From: Eledone cirrhosa
Taxonomy: Eukaryota
Direction of reading: 5' to 3'
Assembly: GCA_964016885.1 (NCBI GenBank)
Contig: OZ024743.1
Span: 341,682,001-341,746,000, forward strand
DNA: 64,000 bases
Positions within the stretch are counted from its first letter, which is position 1; each line of letters starts with the position of its first letter. Shown here in pieces: positions 14,679 to 30,092 of this stretch. The notes under the pieces are model-generated. The model searched no databases and was not told the DNA's origin. It saw nothing but the letters and a program-made list of their open reading frames with translations. The translations under genes were made by a program, and so were the position numbers.

Positions 14679-15169
14679 TATAATGATACATGACATACCC
14701 TGAGATGTTAAATAGTTAAGATTTAATCAAGGTAGTGATTACCCGATAGCAAATTTTGCTTATATAATATCTGTGTGAGAGTGCAAAAACGTAATGAATT
14801 CATTAGAGAATGTGTGAGTAAGAAAAAACGTTGCATACTTAAAGTGTTCTAAAATTTTAAATTGTATGATACTACGATATAATATATCTAGGGAAACGTC
14901 TCATGAATTATAACAGCCACTGGAAAAATATTTATAAGGAGGGAAAGATAAAGTGTGTGTGGGGGGATTTGGGGGGTGCGAAAGTTAAACGGTTAGAATT
15001 TGGAAATATTTAATTTATAATATTAATGTTATGACTCCAGATTTCAGATTTATATATTATTTATATAAATTCGTTAAGTGTGTTATCATTTCTAATCTTC
15101 TGAATTGTGAGAATAACATTTTAAAGGATTTAGCTGGCACGTGAAGAATGAAATATTATACTGTTGATT

Positions 15170-15835
15170 AATTACCTAAATACCACAAGCTCTTCAATAG
15201 ACACACCGTAAAATTCTCTTTCTCCACAGCACCAAATCTAGGCCACACAATAGCACACACTAATAGGGCAAAAATACCAAAACACATGGTTGCTTCACAA
15301 CAAACCACCACCACAACCCAGAACGAAACCACACACACAACACAACAACCCACACATCAGACCCACACCGCATGACACCAACCGCCAACGTGCCACCACA
15401 CCGGTTACACCCAACTGCAACTGCAAAAACGGGCCGAATGCCCACTAAACGGGGAGTGCCTCGTTAAAAACATTGTTTACCGGTGTGATGTCACAGACGG
15501 CAATAAGGAGTACTCAGATATAGGGGCGACATCCACTACGTTAAAGGAGCGCTGGTATAACCACAGGAGCTCCTTTAAACATAGACTGAAACGACCCCAA
15601 ACCAGACTGGCCGATTTGATCTGGGACCTCAAGGGCAGGAATATTGAACCCCAGATCTCGTGGTCAGTGAAAAGACGCGTGGCACAAGTCCCCAGTGACA
15701 GAAACCACTGCAGATTATGCCTGGCTGAGGCGGCGGAAATAATTAAATTAAAATCCGCCATAAACTATAGGTCGGACATAATTGTCAATTGCAGACACAC
15801 CAGACTGAACACCTTTCCGCACAAACATTCGGAGG
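15170..15835 (+). pseudogene. PLE linker plus GIY-YIG fragment
   Basis: Manual translation gives KLFNRHTVKFSFSTAPN, CNCKNG and NIVYRCDV..IGATSTTLKERWYNHRSSF. ORF 15616..15969 gives CRLCLAE..NCRH. Confidence 0.85.
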
Positions 15836-17973
15836 AGGGCCATGCACTAACCATGACCCAGCATAATAATAACCACATCTGCCCCGTATCACCATCGCCC
15901 ATCTCAGCGAATTTATTAATTTTAATTTATTTTATCTTATTTTATTGTATTGCATGTAACCATTTGTAAGCCCTTATTTTGTATATCATGCCGCATACAT
16001 CACCCCCACCAAAAATCACACTAACCATGACCCACCATAATAATAACCACCTCTGCCCCGTCTTACCATCGCCCATCTCAGCGAATTTATTTTATTGTAC
16101 TGCATGTGACCATTTCTAAGCTCGTATTTTGTATATCATGCCGCATACATCACCCCCACCATAAATCACATCGCCATACACTCCTCATCCTTGCAACATT
16201 GTGTTCGATCAGTCTTCTGTGACAGGTTTTACCTTACAATCCATAGTAACATCGGACCTTGTAAATACAATGTCGATCATATCACACCATTGCCACCACC
16301 ACCACCACACCACACATCGTCATATTACTACCATACACACCCGCAACCTTATCCCCCCCCCCCATGTTCCCTCTGTCTACCCTAACCTACAACCCCACGC
16401 TAAATTCGACCCTGTAAATGTACTGTCGCGCACACACAACCACCGGCACCACTAGATGCATCCACATACTTCAACAATCATTAACATCATTAAAATCATC
16501 AACACATATCATCCCTCACTCCCAGATCGACTGTATTATATCCCCCCCCCCCCCACGTCTACCTTACCGTGTTACACACCGTAACTTCTGATTATATAAT
16601 CATTTTGTCGAACATATCACCCCAGCACCACCACCACCACCATGACCACAATACACATCGCCATACGTCCATAAACTCTTTACCCCCGCGTCCCCTATGT
16701 CACCTTTTAACCTGTAACCCATCGCACTATTCGATCCTGTATATTTTTGTAGCTCACACTCCACCACAAGACTCAACTCCATACTTTATCAACACTGCCA
16801 ACACATACCTACCCTCCCGAACCAACGCAAGTGTGTGTGTCTGTGTGTAAGCATTGTTTACATATACGGGCGTATAAATATGCGTGCGTGTATGCATATA
16901 TATGTGTGTGTATATATATATACACATATATATATATATTTATATATATGTATATAAGTGAATCTATATGTGTGTGTATATGTCTGCATATATGTGCATG
17001 TAAGTGTATGTGTGTGTGTATATATATATATATGAGTGTGTATACGTGTGTGTGTATGTGTGTATGTGTATGTTTATGTATACGTGTGTGTGCGTGTATG
17101 TGCGCATATCCGTATGTGTGTATCAGTGTATGTATGTGTATGTATATATGTATGACACCTTCTCCATTGCCTCTCATCTTCCCTCCATCTTTGTCCTACG
17201 CCACCCCCACCGACCTCTCCCACTCTCCCTATATGTGTCCACATGCCCGCATGCCCATACATGTGTGTATATATGCATATGGCTGTGTAAGTGTGTGTGT
17301 GTGGATATGTGTGGGCGAGGGTGTGTGTATGTGTTGTGTGTGTATATACATCAATATATATGCGCATGCATACATATATGTGTCTGTATACATATATACA
17401 ACGTATTTGTCAGACGAAGAGCGTCTAGCTATGTATCTCCGTAAGGACTCGACACCACCAACACATCCACCACACCACCACAAACACCACTACCATAAAC
17501 AACACCACAACCACACCCCCACACATGATAACCCATTCTATCGACAACCCTCTAACCTCACACCACAGCCCCATCCCAGTAAGCGACCATAACCACCATA
17601 TTATCATCACACCCACCCCCATATACACTACAGGGTAAGGCCAACCCACCACCACCACACCACAGCCCATCTCATCGCCCGACCGTCACCAACATCTCAC
17701 CATCACATCCATCCCCACATACACTACAGGCCAGTATATCCCATTGATCCTTCCCACCAATCAAAACAACTCATATTGTCAAACTCTTGAAACTCTGACT
17801 TTACCACATAGCATGTATTTCATTTTCTTATAGCATTTTAAAAGGGTCCGTCGAGCCGCCGATTATTGAGTCGGGTAGGATCGATACAGATCGAACCTTG
17901 AGCTGATCAGTGGCGAAACGCGCGTCACCTATCAATAAATGCAACGAAGCAATAATCAATCGTCATTGTTATC

Positions 17974-18026
<53 letters not shown>

Positions 18027-18029
<3 letters not shown>

Positions 18030-20190
18030 TAAAATATAAAAGAGAAAACACAGGTAAGCATTAAGAGAAGGATTTTATCCAGGTATTTACGACCGTTTCA
18101 CTGGTAAGTGCAACCTTATATTGCTAAACTGCAAATAGCAGCCACTCAATTATAATTGTTGTTCACTGTCAAAATTTTCAAAATATTGAGTAAGTTACTC
18201 TTGAAATAGTTCTTAATATATAGAGAAAAACATTTTTTCGAATTGTATTTACTAGTATAGAGAGAGAGGAAATTAGAATGTGATGGGAGAAACGGAATAG
18301 TATAGAGAGAGAGGAAAGGGGGTAGAGTTAGGAAGTAGAGTGACAGACTGAGATGGAGGGAGTGGTAGAGGTGGAATGATTCCTTGATCAGTTTTGATAT
18401 GTAGACTTCATATCGGGGAATGTAGTGAGTTAAAGAGAATTAAATTGATCATAGTGGGAGGGATGGATAGAGAGAGAGAGAGAGAGTGAGGGGGGGGGGG
18501 GGGAGATATAAAGAGATAAATATATATATAAAAAATAAAGATAAAGATAATAATTACAAAAATAAAAGCAAAGAAGTGGGAGAAAGAAGAAAAGAAAAGG
18601 TAGCCAAAAAGGGGAGGGAAGGAAGGAAGAAAACGAAGAAATAGAACAGCAATTTAAGCTGAGGGGCGGGATATAGGTATTGGTTTTGTGGGTAATGAAA
18701 AGGGTTTAGATACAACAAGAGCGTATAAAGTCTAAGTATATGCAGTTTGTCATTTGGTAGTAAGAGGTTAAGGGTTCGATTTGCACTTGTAGTGCGCAAA
18801 CTTCTCTTTGAGTCTATGGTTACAATAAATTGATCTTTCGATTTTATTGTTGAGTAACTTATTCTTCGAACTCAAAATGTGGAACAGCTCAAGGTCACAT
18901 AATCGACAGCTTCTCATACCACACCGATATGGGGGCGCGTTCGATAATTTGTTCCACTTCAGGGTGTATTGATGGTTACTTTCCCTCAGTTGCCAGGTCT
19001 TGTTTGTAAGGGTAGTTACATAACGATGCTGGGAATGTTTCATTGCGTAACGGTGTGTATACCAACGGGCTTTAAATGTATTCCACGTCGCTCCGATGCA
19101 ATATCATTCTGGTTGTCTGATTCAACTGAGCATTGGTAAACCAGGTTAGACTGCATACATTCATTATGTAATGGACAGGTTTCAGGTAGGTGGCAGTTAC
19201 AACCTCGAGCTGTTCCACATTTTGAGTTCGAAGAATAAGTTACTCAACAATAAAATCGAAAGATCAATTTATTGTAACCATAGACTCAAAGAGAAGTTTT
19301 CGCACTACAAATGCAAATCGAACCCTTAACCTCTTACTACCAACTGACAAACTGCATATACTTAGACTTTATACCCTCTTGTTGTATCTAAACCCTTTTA
19401 ATTACCCACAAACACCAATACCTATATCCCTCCCCTCTCTTTCATTCCTCTTCTATTTCTTCGTTTTCTTTCTTCCTTCACTCCCCTTTTTGGCTATCTT
19501 TTCTTTTCTTCTTTCTGCCCCCGTCTTTTCTTTTATTTTTGTAATTATTATCTTTATCTTTATTTTTTATATATATATTTATCTCTTTATATCTCCCCTC
19601 TCTCTCTCTTTCTCTCTCTATCCATCCCTCCCACTATGATCAATTTAATTCTCTTTAACTCACTACATTCCACGACATGTCTACATATCAAACCTGATCA
19701 AAGAACCCTTCCACCTCTACCCCTCCCTCCATCTCAGTTTGTCACTCTACTTCCTAACTCTACCCCCTTCCTCTCTCTCTATACTATTCCGTTTGTCCCC
19801 TCACATTCTAAGTTCCTCTCTCTATATACTAGTAAATACAATTCTAAAAAATGTTTTTCTCTATATATTAAGAACTATTTCAAAGTAACTTACTCACTAT
19901 TTTGAACATTTGGACTGTGAACAACAATTATAATTGAGTGGCTGCTATTTGCAGTTTAGCAATATAAGGTTGCACTTACCAATGAAACGGTCGTAAATAG
20001 CTGGATAAAATACTTCTCTTAATGCTTACCTGTGTTTTCTCTTTTATATTTTATACTTTATACTCCAAGATTGAACGGAATTCTTCCAAACTTGTGGAGT
20101 TACCCCTAACCGTACGTTGAAACCATCCATGAAACTGGCTTTCTTAACCACGAACTGGATCACAATAAGCAATTTTCTGCTTCCCTAACA
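18027..20190. mobile_element. Truncated PLE: minus-strand GIY-YIG end with inverted pLTR arms (18027-18890 and 19207-20057) and a tail to about 20190
   Basis: ORF 18768..19043 has CRLCDLELFHIL..LLNNKIE..CNHR. The two arms of about 850 bp are reverse complements. Confidence 0.92.
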
Positions 20191-20453
20191 TATATATATA
20201 TATATATTTGTATATATTCCAATGAAATGTTTTTCTAAATATATCTCACACGGTTAATAATATTGGCAACAGAAGTTTAAAATGCAACAGGAATCTTTAA
20301 GATGGTTTATTTACATTAACTTATAACTATACCGTTTAAGCTACAGATCTCGCCATCTCACCTAACTTTTGAAAATCATGAAATATGTGAAACCGGTAGG
20401 GTTCAGTTATTGTAAATATACCTTCTTAAATATTCCAATTGCATTATCAACAA

Positions 20454-20530
<77 letters not shown>

Positions 20531-21156
20531 TTTTAGCATAAGAAAATATCTACATGCGTGTGTAATTTATACACGCATATATTTATTTTTTCAATTTCAA
20601 TTGAGTTCTTAACACGTTGGATTGATAATGTTTTCGAAAAAACTGATTAACCCGCGTGTATATTATTTTTTTCCTCCTTTCGTGGATCGTGGTTGTCTCC
20701 CCTTCCCGCTTAGTGATGCTATAATACTTCCTCAGTCAAAAACTGCTGGAATTTCAAATTTGCCGGTCATTCGATGCGGGAGTGCGCAACTTAACGGACA
20801 CGATTTTTAACTGTGGTAAGAAATGTTTTTCTTATATCAAAGTTTATTGGGCTTCCACTGATGATTTATAAGCGCCCACCTAAATATATTCTTACATGAA
20901 TATATATTAGGCTTCTACATAAACTGGAAATATTCTCCGAATTTGTAGAAAACTTATAATGAAACAATTGTTTGGAAAGAGGGATATATTTTAACTTTAA
21001 TTATATCTCATAAAATAATATAACTGGCTTTTCCACATAATACACATTGTTAGCACCCCATACACTTAAATTGGGTTTATATTAAAATATAACCTAATGT
21101 TTGTTGAGTGAGATGGTTACCAGTCAGAGATTAGCTTTAAACTATCTCTGTTATTG

Positions 21157-21306
<150 letters not shown>

Positions 21307-21746
21307 GTATGTGTGCGTGCGTGTCTGTGTGTGTACTTAAATATTCCCTCTTTACATTATTACTAAATTCATTGTGCTCCAACTAATGTGAAGTAAACGC
21401 TTTATCACACCTTTCTATATATATCTTTAATAATGGATTTGATAATAATGTAGGAATATATATCGTGTTAGTATGAATCCGTAAATCCAGAGAGACAGAA
21501 TGAGAGAGTGTAAAAAAAAATGATATGAAAAGAGATATAAATAAAAGATTGGCCTCAGTACTGGACTGATACTTATTTTACTAACCGCGAATGGCTGAAA
21601 GACAAATTTGAACTGATAATGTAGAGTGCCAGAACGAATACCGCGAAGCATTCTATCCGACATTCTAACGACTCTGCCAATTCAGCACTTTGTGAGTATA
21701 TATTTACGTATATGGATGAAGGTATTACCGATTGATTAAATAATCT

Positions 21747-21950
21747 ACATTACAATAATTGTTTCTACCTTTGGCACAAGGCCAGCAATTACCCAGTACA
21801 TTACTGGTACTTTATTTTATCGACCCCGCAAGGATGAAAGGCAAAGTCAACCTCGGCGGGATTTGAACTCAGATCGTAAAGGGACGTAACTATGCTGGAA
21901 AGCATGGCGTCCGACCCTCTACCGATACTGCCAACCCACATTACAATAAT
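21747..21950 (-). mobile_element. SINE family 1 with a 13-bp target-site duplication
   Basis: Full SINE flanked by ACATTACAATAAT at 21747-21759 and 21938-21950. An older degraded copy lies at about 21540-21690. Confidence 0.9.
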
Positions 21951-23202
21951 GCGGACTACGATGTCACCATGTGCGTGCTTTTTTAAAACTACTTGTTGCT
22001 TTTCCTTTTATTCACCATGGTGTTGTATGTGTATTTCAGTGTGTTTGTGCATTTGTGTATGAGCATAAATCATTAAATTATCTGCACAATGTGCATGGAT
22101 GCGAATGTGCTTTTGAAACGGAGACGGTAAGATACACTGACGCACATACAGATCTACACTCACACTTTCAACAATCATACATAGATTAGATCGTGCAAAA
22201 GGATATACCGGCAAACACACACACACATCATGGACAAGCTCGAAGCCTCGTACAACAACCAAAGAAAACAAACGGTTTACACCCCCAATAAAGAAATGAT
22301 CAAACTCAAGATAGTGTCTTCAGGCTTTATTAAAAATCTCTATAAAAATATACGGCAGCTATCACTGTAGATTATCGGAACTACATTGCTGTTGCATAAA
22401 TCATATCCTTTGGATACATATAGACACAAGCATATACAAATGGTTAAGAAGTTTGCTTAGTAATAGTAAGATCCTAGATTATATTCTAGTGAGCGGCATT
22501 CATAACAAATGTCTGGCCGAACCAAACTTTGTGAGTGAACTTGGGTTGAAAGTCACTACAATGAAGCCTGTCGAGTTGAATTATTTGTAATTCAAAATAC
22601 CCTCCTTATCATACACTATGTGTGACGTTAAATGAGCTTTCTGAATTCGTTAAAATTATACGTAACAGTTTAATACTTCCCCACGTATACGTTAATTTAA
22701 TGAGTAGATGTTTCAGATAATGGAACAACTCTTGCATACTCATCATTGGAACCGACGTCTGTGTGAGTGTGTGTGTATGTGTGTGTGTGTGTATAGGGCT
22801 GGATGTGTATGTATGTGGAAGCAGCTGAGTGTGTGTCAGTGTGAATGTGTTTGAGCTTTGTCTTGTATATCTAAAGTGCCGTATAATGGGATTAAACATA
22901 GAACCACGTGTGGTTATAGTGGTATTTATATAATATTTAGCACTCTGCACGAATTTCTTACTTGCATTTAGAAATAACGCCGCAAAATTAGACATCATTA
23001 TTGTAAACGCAGGATAAATAATATTATATTTTTAACATATTTTGATATATTGATATCTGATAGGATTTTACTCCATAAAAAAGGCAATGCAGAAAGCTTG
23101 TGACGGCGTCTGGGGAAATAATTGATAGTTTAGCTCTGATATATGAATATAAATGAAGTATAAATCACTACATTAACATATGTATAGCTTGTATGCATAA
23201 AT

Positions 23203-23267
<65 letters not shown>

Positions 23268-23955
23268 CGAGAGGGAGAGAGAGAGAGAAAGAGAGAAAGA
23301 GTGATAATTGGAAGTTAGAGAAAATGTATTAAGTGTAGAATCTAGCTTTATGTAACGCCTTTCATCAATATTTCAATCTATAGTGCCACCAAAATGTTTC
23401 ATTCTCACCAGTTTTAGAAATTTGCTAGAAGTGTTATTTTTTCTTTATTTATCTTTTTTCTCTTTCGTTATTATTATTTTCTTTTGTTAGTTTTTATTTT
23501 ATTAATAATTTTGGTGTGTTGGTGTATATACATAGCTGGAAAATATCTATAAATAAAATATTGCCTCTAGTATAATTAATCGGTTTAAATTGTGTGTATA
23601 TGTTGAAGAATTTCGCTGAATATTTACGTGGATTTAGATTCAACTAGACGAACCGTGACCCGTTGGGTTACGTTACCTTTAAAATATTTAAAAAACAAAA
23701 CATGTTGACTTAAAAATAATTTTTAAATAATTAAAATATACACAGACATGTATATAATGTGAAATGAAACTGGAAGGTCCACATATATATACGTGTGTGT
23801 ATGTATATATATAAATGTGTATGTGTATATATATGTGTGTGTGTCTGTGATCTATATACATTGGTCATAGACACACACACACACATATACACACACAGAT
23901 ATATATACAGACACACTCATATATATATATATATATACACAACAACACCATTAGC

Positions 23956-24010
<55 letters not shown>

Positions 24011-24553
24011 CTCCTCTGCTTCTTTCTCTCTCCCTCTGTTAACAAGGAACTCGGGAACACGTGCTCCGATTCAAGCGAAACTTCTTTTATTCCATTTGTA
24101 TTCGCATTTCAGGGTCATCTTCCCTTCAAAGTATTTTCCCATTATGCGCCCTTTTGGTTGTATTATATTACAAACAAGCAAGCAAGCAATAGCAGAATTA
24201 GAGTAATATAGAGATGGTAATGTATATCATCCGGAGAAAATTTTGTTTACCATAAGCTTCAGTCCACCAACTCTTTATAACTGAAATTTTTCAAATTAAC
24301 CCGTCTCAGAAACCTTACCTATTCTCCAAACCTACATTTAATCAGTTGTCAGTTTTGACACTTTCTCCATGTTCATGGGACATTTAATGGAGTCCAGTCT
24401 GTTGCTAGGAATTTAAGGCAGATTTTCGGTCAGTGGGTAACCATCACATTCTTTTCTCTCTTTCCATGAATGTCTAAAAGTAAAACAAATCGCCCTCATC
24501 TTCAACATCATTGTCTTCAAACAAAGTTTGCAAGAGTTATTATATACTCTACA

Positions 24554-24614
<61 letters not shown>

Positions 24615-24620
24615 TGTATG

Positions 24621-24676
<56 letters not shown>

Positions 24677-24818
24677 TATTTGATGAACATTTACATGTTA
24701 TAGTTGCAATTGATTAATAAGATCGCTAGAGTGAAAAATCTTAATTCAACAACATAAGGTCTGCCTGTACGATCTAGAAAATATTAAATCAATACTCACA
24801 GAGTCATATGGGCAAAAA

Positions 24819-24859
<41 letters not shown>

Positions 24860-24900
24860 TGTATATATGTGTATATACGAACATATATATATATACACAC

Positions 24901-25055
<155 letters not shown>

Positions 25056-25564
25056 TGTGTGTGTGTGTATCTATCTGTCTATAGAATGGCGTGCTGCGTT
25101 GTTGCGAACATGAACATATGAATACAAATAGACAAGGGGTAATGTCCTCATCAGTAGTCTGCTGATTATCGTTGGTATTTCGACGCATTAAAGACTAGAT
25201 ACCTAAATTCAGTGCGAGCGATAACTCAATTAAGTTATTGGGACAGTGGGAAAACAGAGGGAAGGAAACAAACACATGGTGGTATGCAACGGAAAGAGAG
25301 GAAAATAGAGACAAGTCAATGAATCCTGTGGGCTTAAGTCCGACAAGTCAAATTGACAAGGAGAAATAGCCACGTCCGAGCCGCGAGAAGATTGAGAGAG
25401 GAAAGAAATTCAAGCAGGTCAGACGGGAGGAAGTGTGGGGGGGGGGAGAAGCAGAGAGGCAGTGAGTATATATATAAAAGATCATGTCGGTTACTGATGC
25501 CTGAACTAGTGTATAGATGTATATAGTATTTTTACTTTGAGCTTAATAATTGCATGTTATTATT

Positions 25565-25755
25565 GGTGGATTAGAAGTATCGCTAGAGGGTCGGACGCCT
25601 TGCTTTGATGCATAGAGTTCCGACCCTTTCCAATCTGAGTTCAAATCCGCCGAGATTAATCTTGCCTTTCATCCTTACGGGCTCGATAAAATAAAGTACC
25701 AGTAATGCACTGGTTAATTGCTGGCCTTGTGCCTAAAGTAGAAACAATTATTATG
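25565..25755 (+). mobile_element. SINE family 1
   Basis: Homologous to 6325-6510. Confidence 0.85.
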
Positions 25756-26171
25756 AGTGTATAACTCTACATTTTTTATTTACTTTCGGCTCCTTGATTT
25801 GTGAGCTAACAAGTTGGGTGAATTTAGGCTATTATTTCTAGCCGTTTTACAATCCACCCACGTCACTTGAAACGACGAACACACGAGGTATTTAATTTCC
25901 ACGTGTTTATTTAGTTTACCTACTCTCATAGGTGTTTGTTGCATATAATCTCATCCCCCGCTGACGAATGCCTTCGGAATATCTCTTACAAACACAACTT
26001 TTCAGGACGAAATAGATTAAGCTCTAACCTGTGAGGGAGATAATTGTTATTGAAACGGTCAGTACATTTTAATTTTATCTTGTATTTTCCGTTTGATTCA
26101 GAGTTTATATTCATCAAACCAACGTGGTTTTGCTACTGTTGTAATTCTAAACACACAATTTACTGTGTTTA

Positions 26172-26220
<49 letters not shown>

Positions 26221-26225
<5 letters not shown>

Positions 26226-26690
26226 ATTAAATAAATGGAAAACTATATTTATAAAACCATATTTATTTCATTATATATATTTCGGGGATATCATATTAAC
26301 AATATGCTATGCCTTCATCAGACAAAATACAATATAAACAGTTTTATAGATAAATATATTCGACATACCGTAATAGACATCAACTTCATTTGAAGAGGTT
26401 TACTCTAGCAGTGAAAATACAGAGAGAAAGGAAGAGAGAGAGAAAAGAGGGAAATAAGAAAGAAAGAAAGACAAAACGAAGAAAAGGAAGAAAAAGAAGA
26501 AAAAGAAAAAGAAGAAATGCAAGGGACAAAATAGAGAGATGGAAAAATAGATAAAGCGAAGAGCTTCATGTAAAGAGACAGAAAGAGATATATATATAGA
26601 GAGGGAGAGGAAATAGAGATAGATACATATATAAATATAGAAAAATTAGGTAGTGGGAGGTCATTTTGAGTAAGTGTATCAATGATGCAT

Positions 26691-26725
<35 letters not shown>

Positions 26726-27291
26726 TAAATAAATAAATGCATCATTGATACACTTACTCAAAATGACCTCCCACTACCTAATTTTTCTATATTTATATAT
26801 GTATCTATCTCTATTTCCTCTCTCTATATATATATATATCTCTTTCTGTCTCTTTACATGAAGCTCTTCGCTTTATCTATTTTTCCATCTCTCTATTTTG
26901 TCCCTTGCATTTCTTCTTTTTCTTTTTCTTCTTTTTCTTCCTTTTCTTCGTTTTGTCTTTCTTTCTTTCTTATTTCCCTCTTTTCTCTCTCCCTTCCTTT
27001 CTCTCTGTATTTTCACTGCTAGAGTAAACCTCTTCAAATGAAGTTGATGTCTATTACGGTATGTCGAATATATTTATCTATAAAACTGTTTATATTGTAT
27101 TTTGTCTGATGAAGGCATAGCATATTGTTAATATGATATCCCCGAAATATATATAATGAAATAAATATGGTTTTATAAATATAGTTTTCCATTTATTTAA
27201 TATTGTAAATATACTCCAAATATTTGTCGAGTGCTTTTATATCAGTTATAAATATTTACTAGTTGTAACCCAACAATTTTAAATATAACTT

Positions 27292-27296
<5 letters not shown>
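26221..27296. mobile_element. Palindromic pLTR insertion (family B) with arms of about 490 bp
   Basis: 26221-26710 and 26725-27206 are near-perfect reverse complements centred on a (TTTA)n/(TAAA)n switch. The tail 27207-27296 is on the right only. Confidence 0.92.
27098..27163 (+). ncRNA. Minimal type I hammerhead ribozyme, family B (inverted twin at 26264-26329)
   Basis: TATTTTGT-CTGATGA-AGGCATAGCATATT-GTT-AATATGATATCCCC-GAAA-TATATA-TA^ATGAAATA. Confidence 0.8.
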
Positions 27297-27351
<55 letters not shown>

Positions 27352-29239
27352 AATAAACACAGTAAATTATGTGTTTAGAATTACACGGTAGCAAAACCAC
27401 GTTGATTTGAGGAATATAAACTCTGAATCCTATTATATATATATAATATTATATATATATAATATTATATATATATAAGATTGCTTGACGCATCGGGTGT
27501 GGTATAGATAATGATGGGAAGTTTGAAGGCTTTGACAATGCGAAATGGGCGAACAAAAAAATAAAACGAAATATGTTATGTGTTACCTTATGTATTTATC
27601 GTGATAAAATCTCTTCGCCTATAACACGGAACAGATAAGGAATAAGTAAATGCGCTACCAGATGTGGTGGACAGAGGTAAGGGAGAAGACGAAGGGGGTA
27701 TAGGGCAGTTCCTTTCTTTTATTCTTTTTGTTTATTTATAGGTTTGATATATTAACAACAGTTTGCGCATTGGATGAGGAAAATGCATGACATTGCCTGT
27801 CTAATTTTCCCGACTGAAATCGTGTTATGAATTTTCCAAATGGCCAGAAGGTCACTGCATCAGATAAAAAGATTTCATTATAGACAAATGGCACATCGTT
27901 GCTTTTCTGCCGGATTGTAACGGCCAATGTAACAAGAAACAATGTATGGTCATAGGACATGAGTATGAAATTTTAATTACTAATACTGTTCCCTACATTC
28001 AAGACATGGGCTCCTTTGCGCAGGAATACAGAAGGATCGAAAACCTAACTATTATTCTTGCGACAGAGCAATCACGTCGGGGTCTTCTGTCTACGTGTGC
28101 AGAAAGACAGAAGGAAAATGAATAGTAACAGAGTCATCGAAACGTCCTGGAAGATGATCGTATGTACGAATACCATCGATCCCAATCTCAGTACCAGAAG
28201 TTGACAAGGAAGTCGAATTCCTCTTCACCCTCCCATAACAACAATAACAGTAAGGAAGATATGGAACACGAAAATGTCAAAAAACCAATTGTCACCAACA
28301 ACGACTCCACAACGGGCCAGCGTGTCCGTTACGATTTCAGTATCAGAAGGCGAAGCACAAGAAACCATCCTTCCTCCGAGCAATTCCCCTACCCAACAAT
28401 GTTCTGACAAAGTGGCACGATAGAGGTCAGAGAAGAAATATAACGTACAGAAATATAACGTATAGAAAGAATTATTTTCGATGTGTATACTGAAAAAAGT
28501 TTGTTATCTATGAGATATTTAGGTAGATTAAAAAAGAAAAAAAATCTCGTTTATAGATGGAGTTTTATCTTTTAAATGCAATTTCGTTCTTCACTTTACT
28601 TCTATTGTTTATTATAAATTTTAGTTATATCTGCCTGAATTATAATGTAAGTATATAGATATTGTATCTTGGAATACGATCGAAGTAAAAGAAGTTGAAT
28701 GATTAGTATCTTCATTCATCGTTTTCTTCACAGAGTTTAAAAAGTAACATGTTGCAAAAGAAAACAGGAAAGTAAAAGAAATCAATCAGAAGGATTATAG
28801 AGATATATAAACGTTCCGAACATTTTATTATTCTCTATTATTTGGTATTATCCTCATCAACATGTTAACAAAATAACATGAAGTGAAGGCACACACACAT
28901 AGTCACACATACACAGATTCACACATGCAACACGTGCACACACACATACGCACGCAGGTACGCACACATATACGCACACAAACCCATACACACACACCTA
29001 TATATATGTATAAAGAAGAACAAAACGAGGTTTCACATTGAAGATATATTGATTAAGCTCAGTGTGATCGCTGATCGCTTTTAGATGTCCTGTATTAAGC
29101 GCTGAAACATCTTAATCTCGATTTAACAGCTGATGATGGATTTCTTTTCTTCTCTTATTTCGTTCATACTACCATCTTAAACTTTGTTTACAGTAACCAC
29201 ACAGCTCCTTTCGTGTCTTATATATATATATTTTATATA

Positions 29240-29403
<164 letters not shown>

Positions 29404-29453
29404 ATTATTATTATTACTATTATTAGTAGTAGTATTATTATTACTAAATATAC

Positions 29454-29509
<56 letters not shown>

Positions 29510-29512
<3 letters not shown>

Positions 29513-30051
29513 AAAGAATAGAGATGTAACACACAAGTTGTGATATATTGGTAAACGGAAAAGAAAATGCTGACAAATTGTTCACAGTGAAAAATAGTTT
29601 AATTAGGAATAAGTGAGAATTAGTAATAGTATTGGTTAGTATTCAGTTTTGGTTTTTAGTTTTACCGGTTGCGCATTTGTAATGCTTTACAAAAATAATT
29701 TTGAGATAGAGCGTCCGTGATGTTTGCTCTGGTCTGATTAGTTTTGGGAATTCTACCTGTTTTTATGTTAAAAAAGTGGCTCCAGCGGTATTAAAATAAG
29801 TTTTGCGCCAATTCGTGTTGCAAAAATTCTTGTGGTCAAAACAATTTTGATTTGTCGGTAGAGGTCATGTGAATGTAAAAAATAGATTTTGCGCCAAATG
29901 TAGGTTTGTGTCGGCTGACTGAGAAATAAGTCTTTCACAACAAATATGTGTGTGCGTGTAGTAGTAGTAAAGAGGGTCGTTGTTGTGATAATGGTCAGCA
30001 GGGATGTGTGAGCGAACCGCAGCCTTTTGACAGTTCAAATGCCTATTAAGA

Positions 30052-30092
<41 letters not shown>

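Noticed and set aside
27770-28420. Possible LINE ORF1 or host exon remnant
   Set aside because: There is no continuous frame or recognisable motif.
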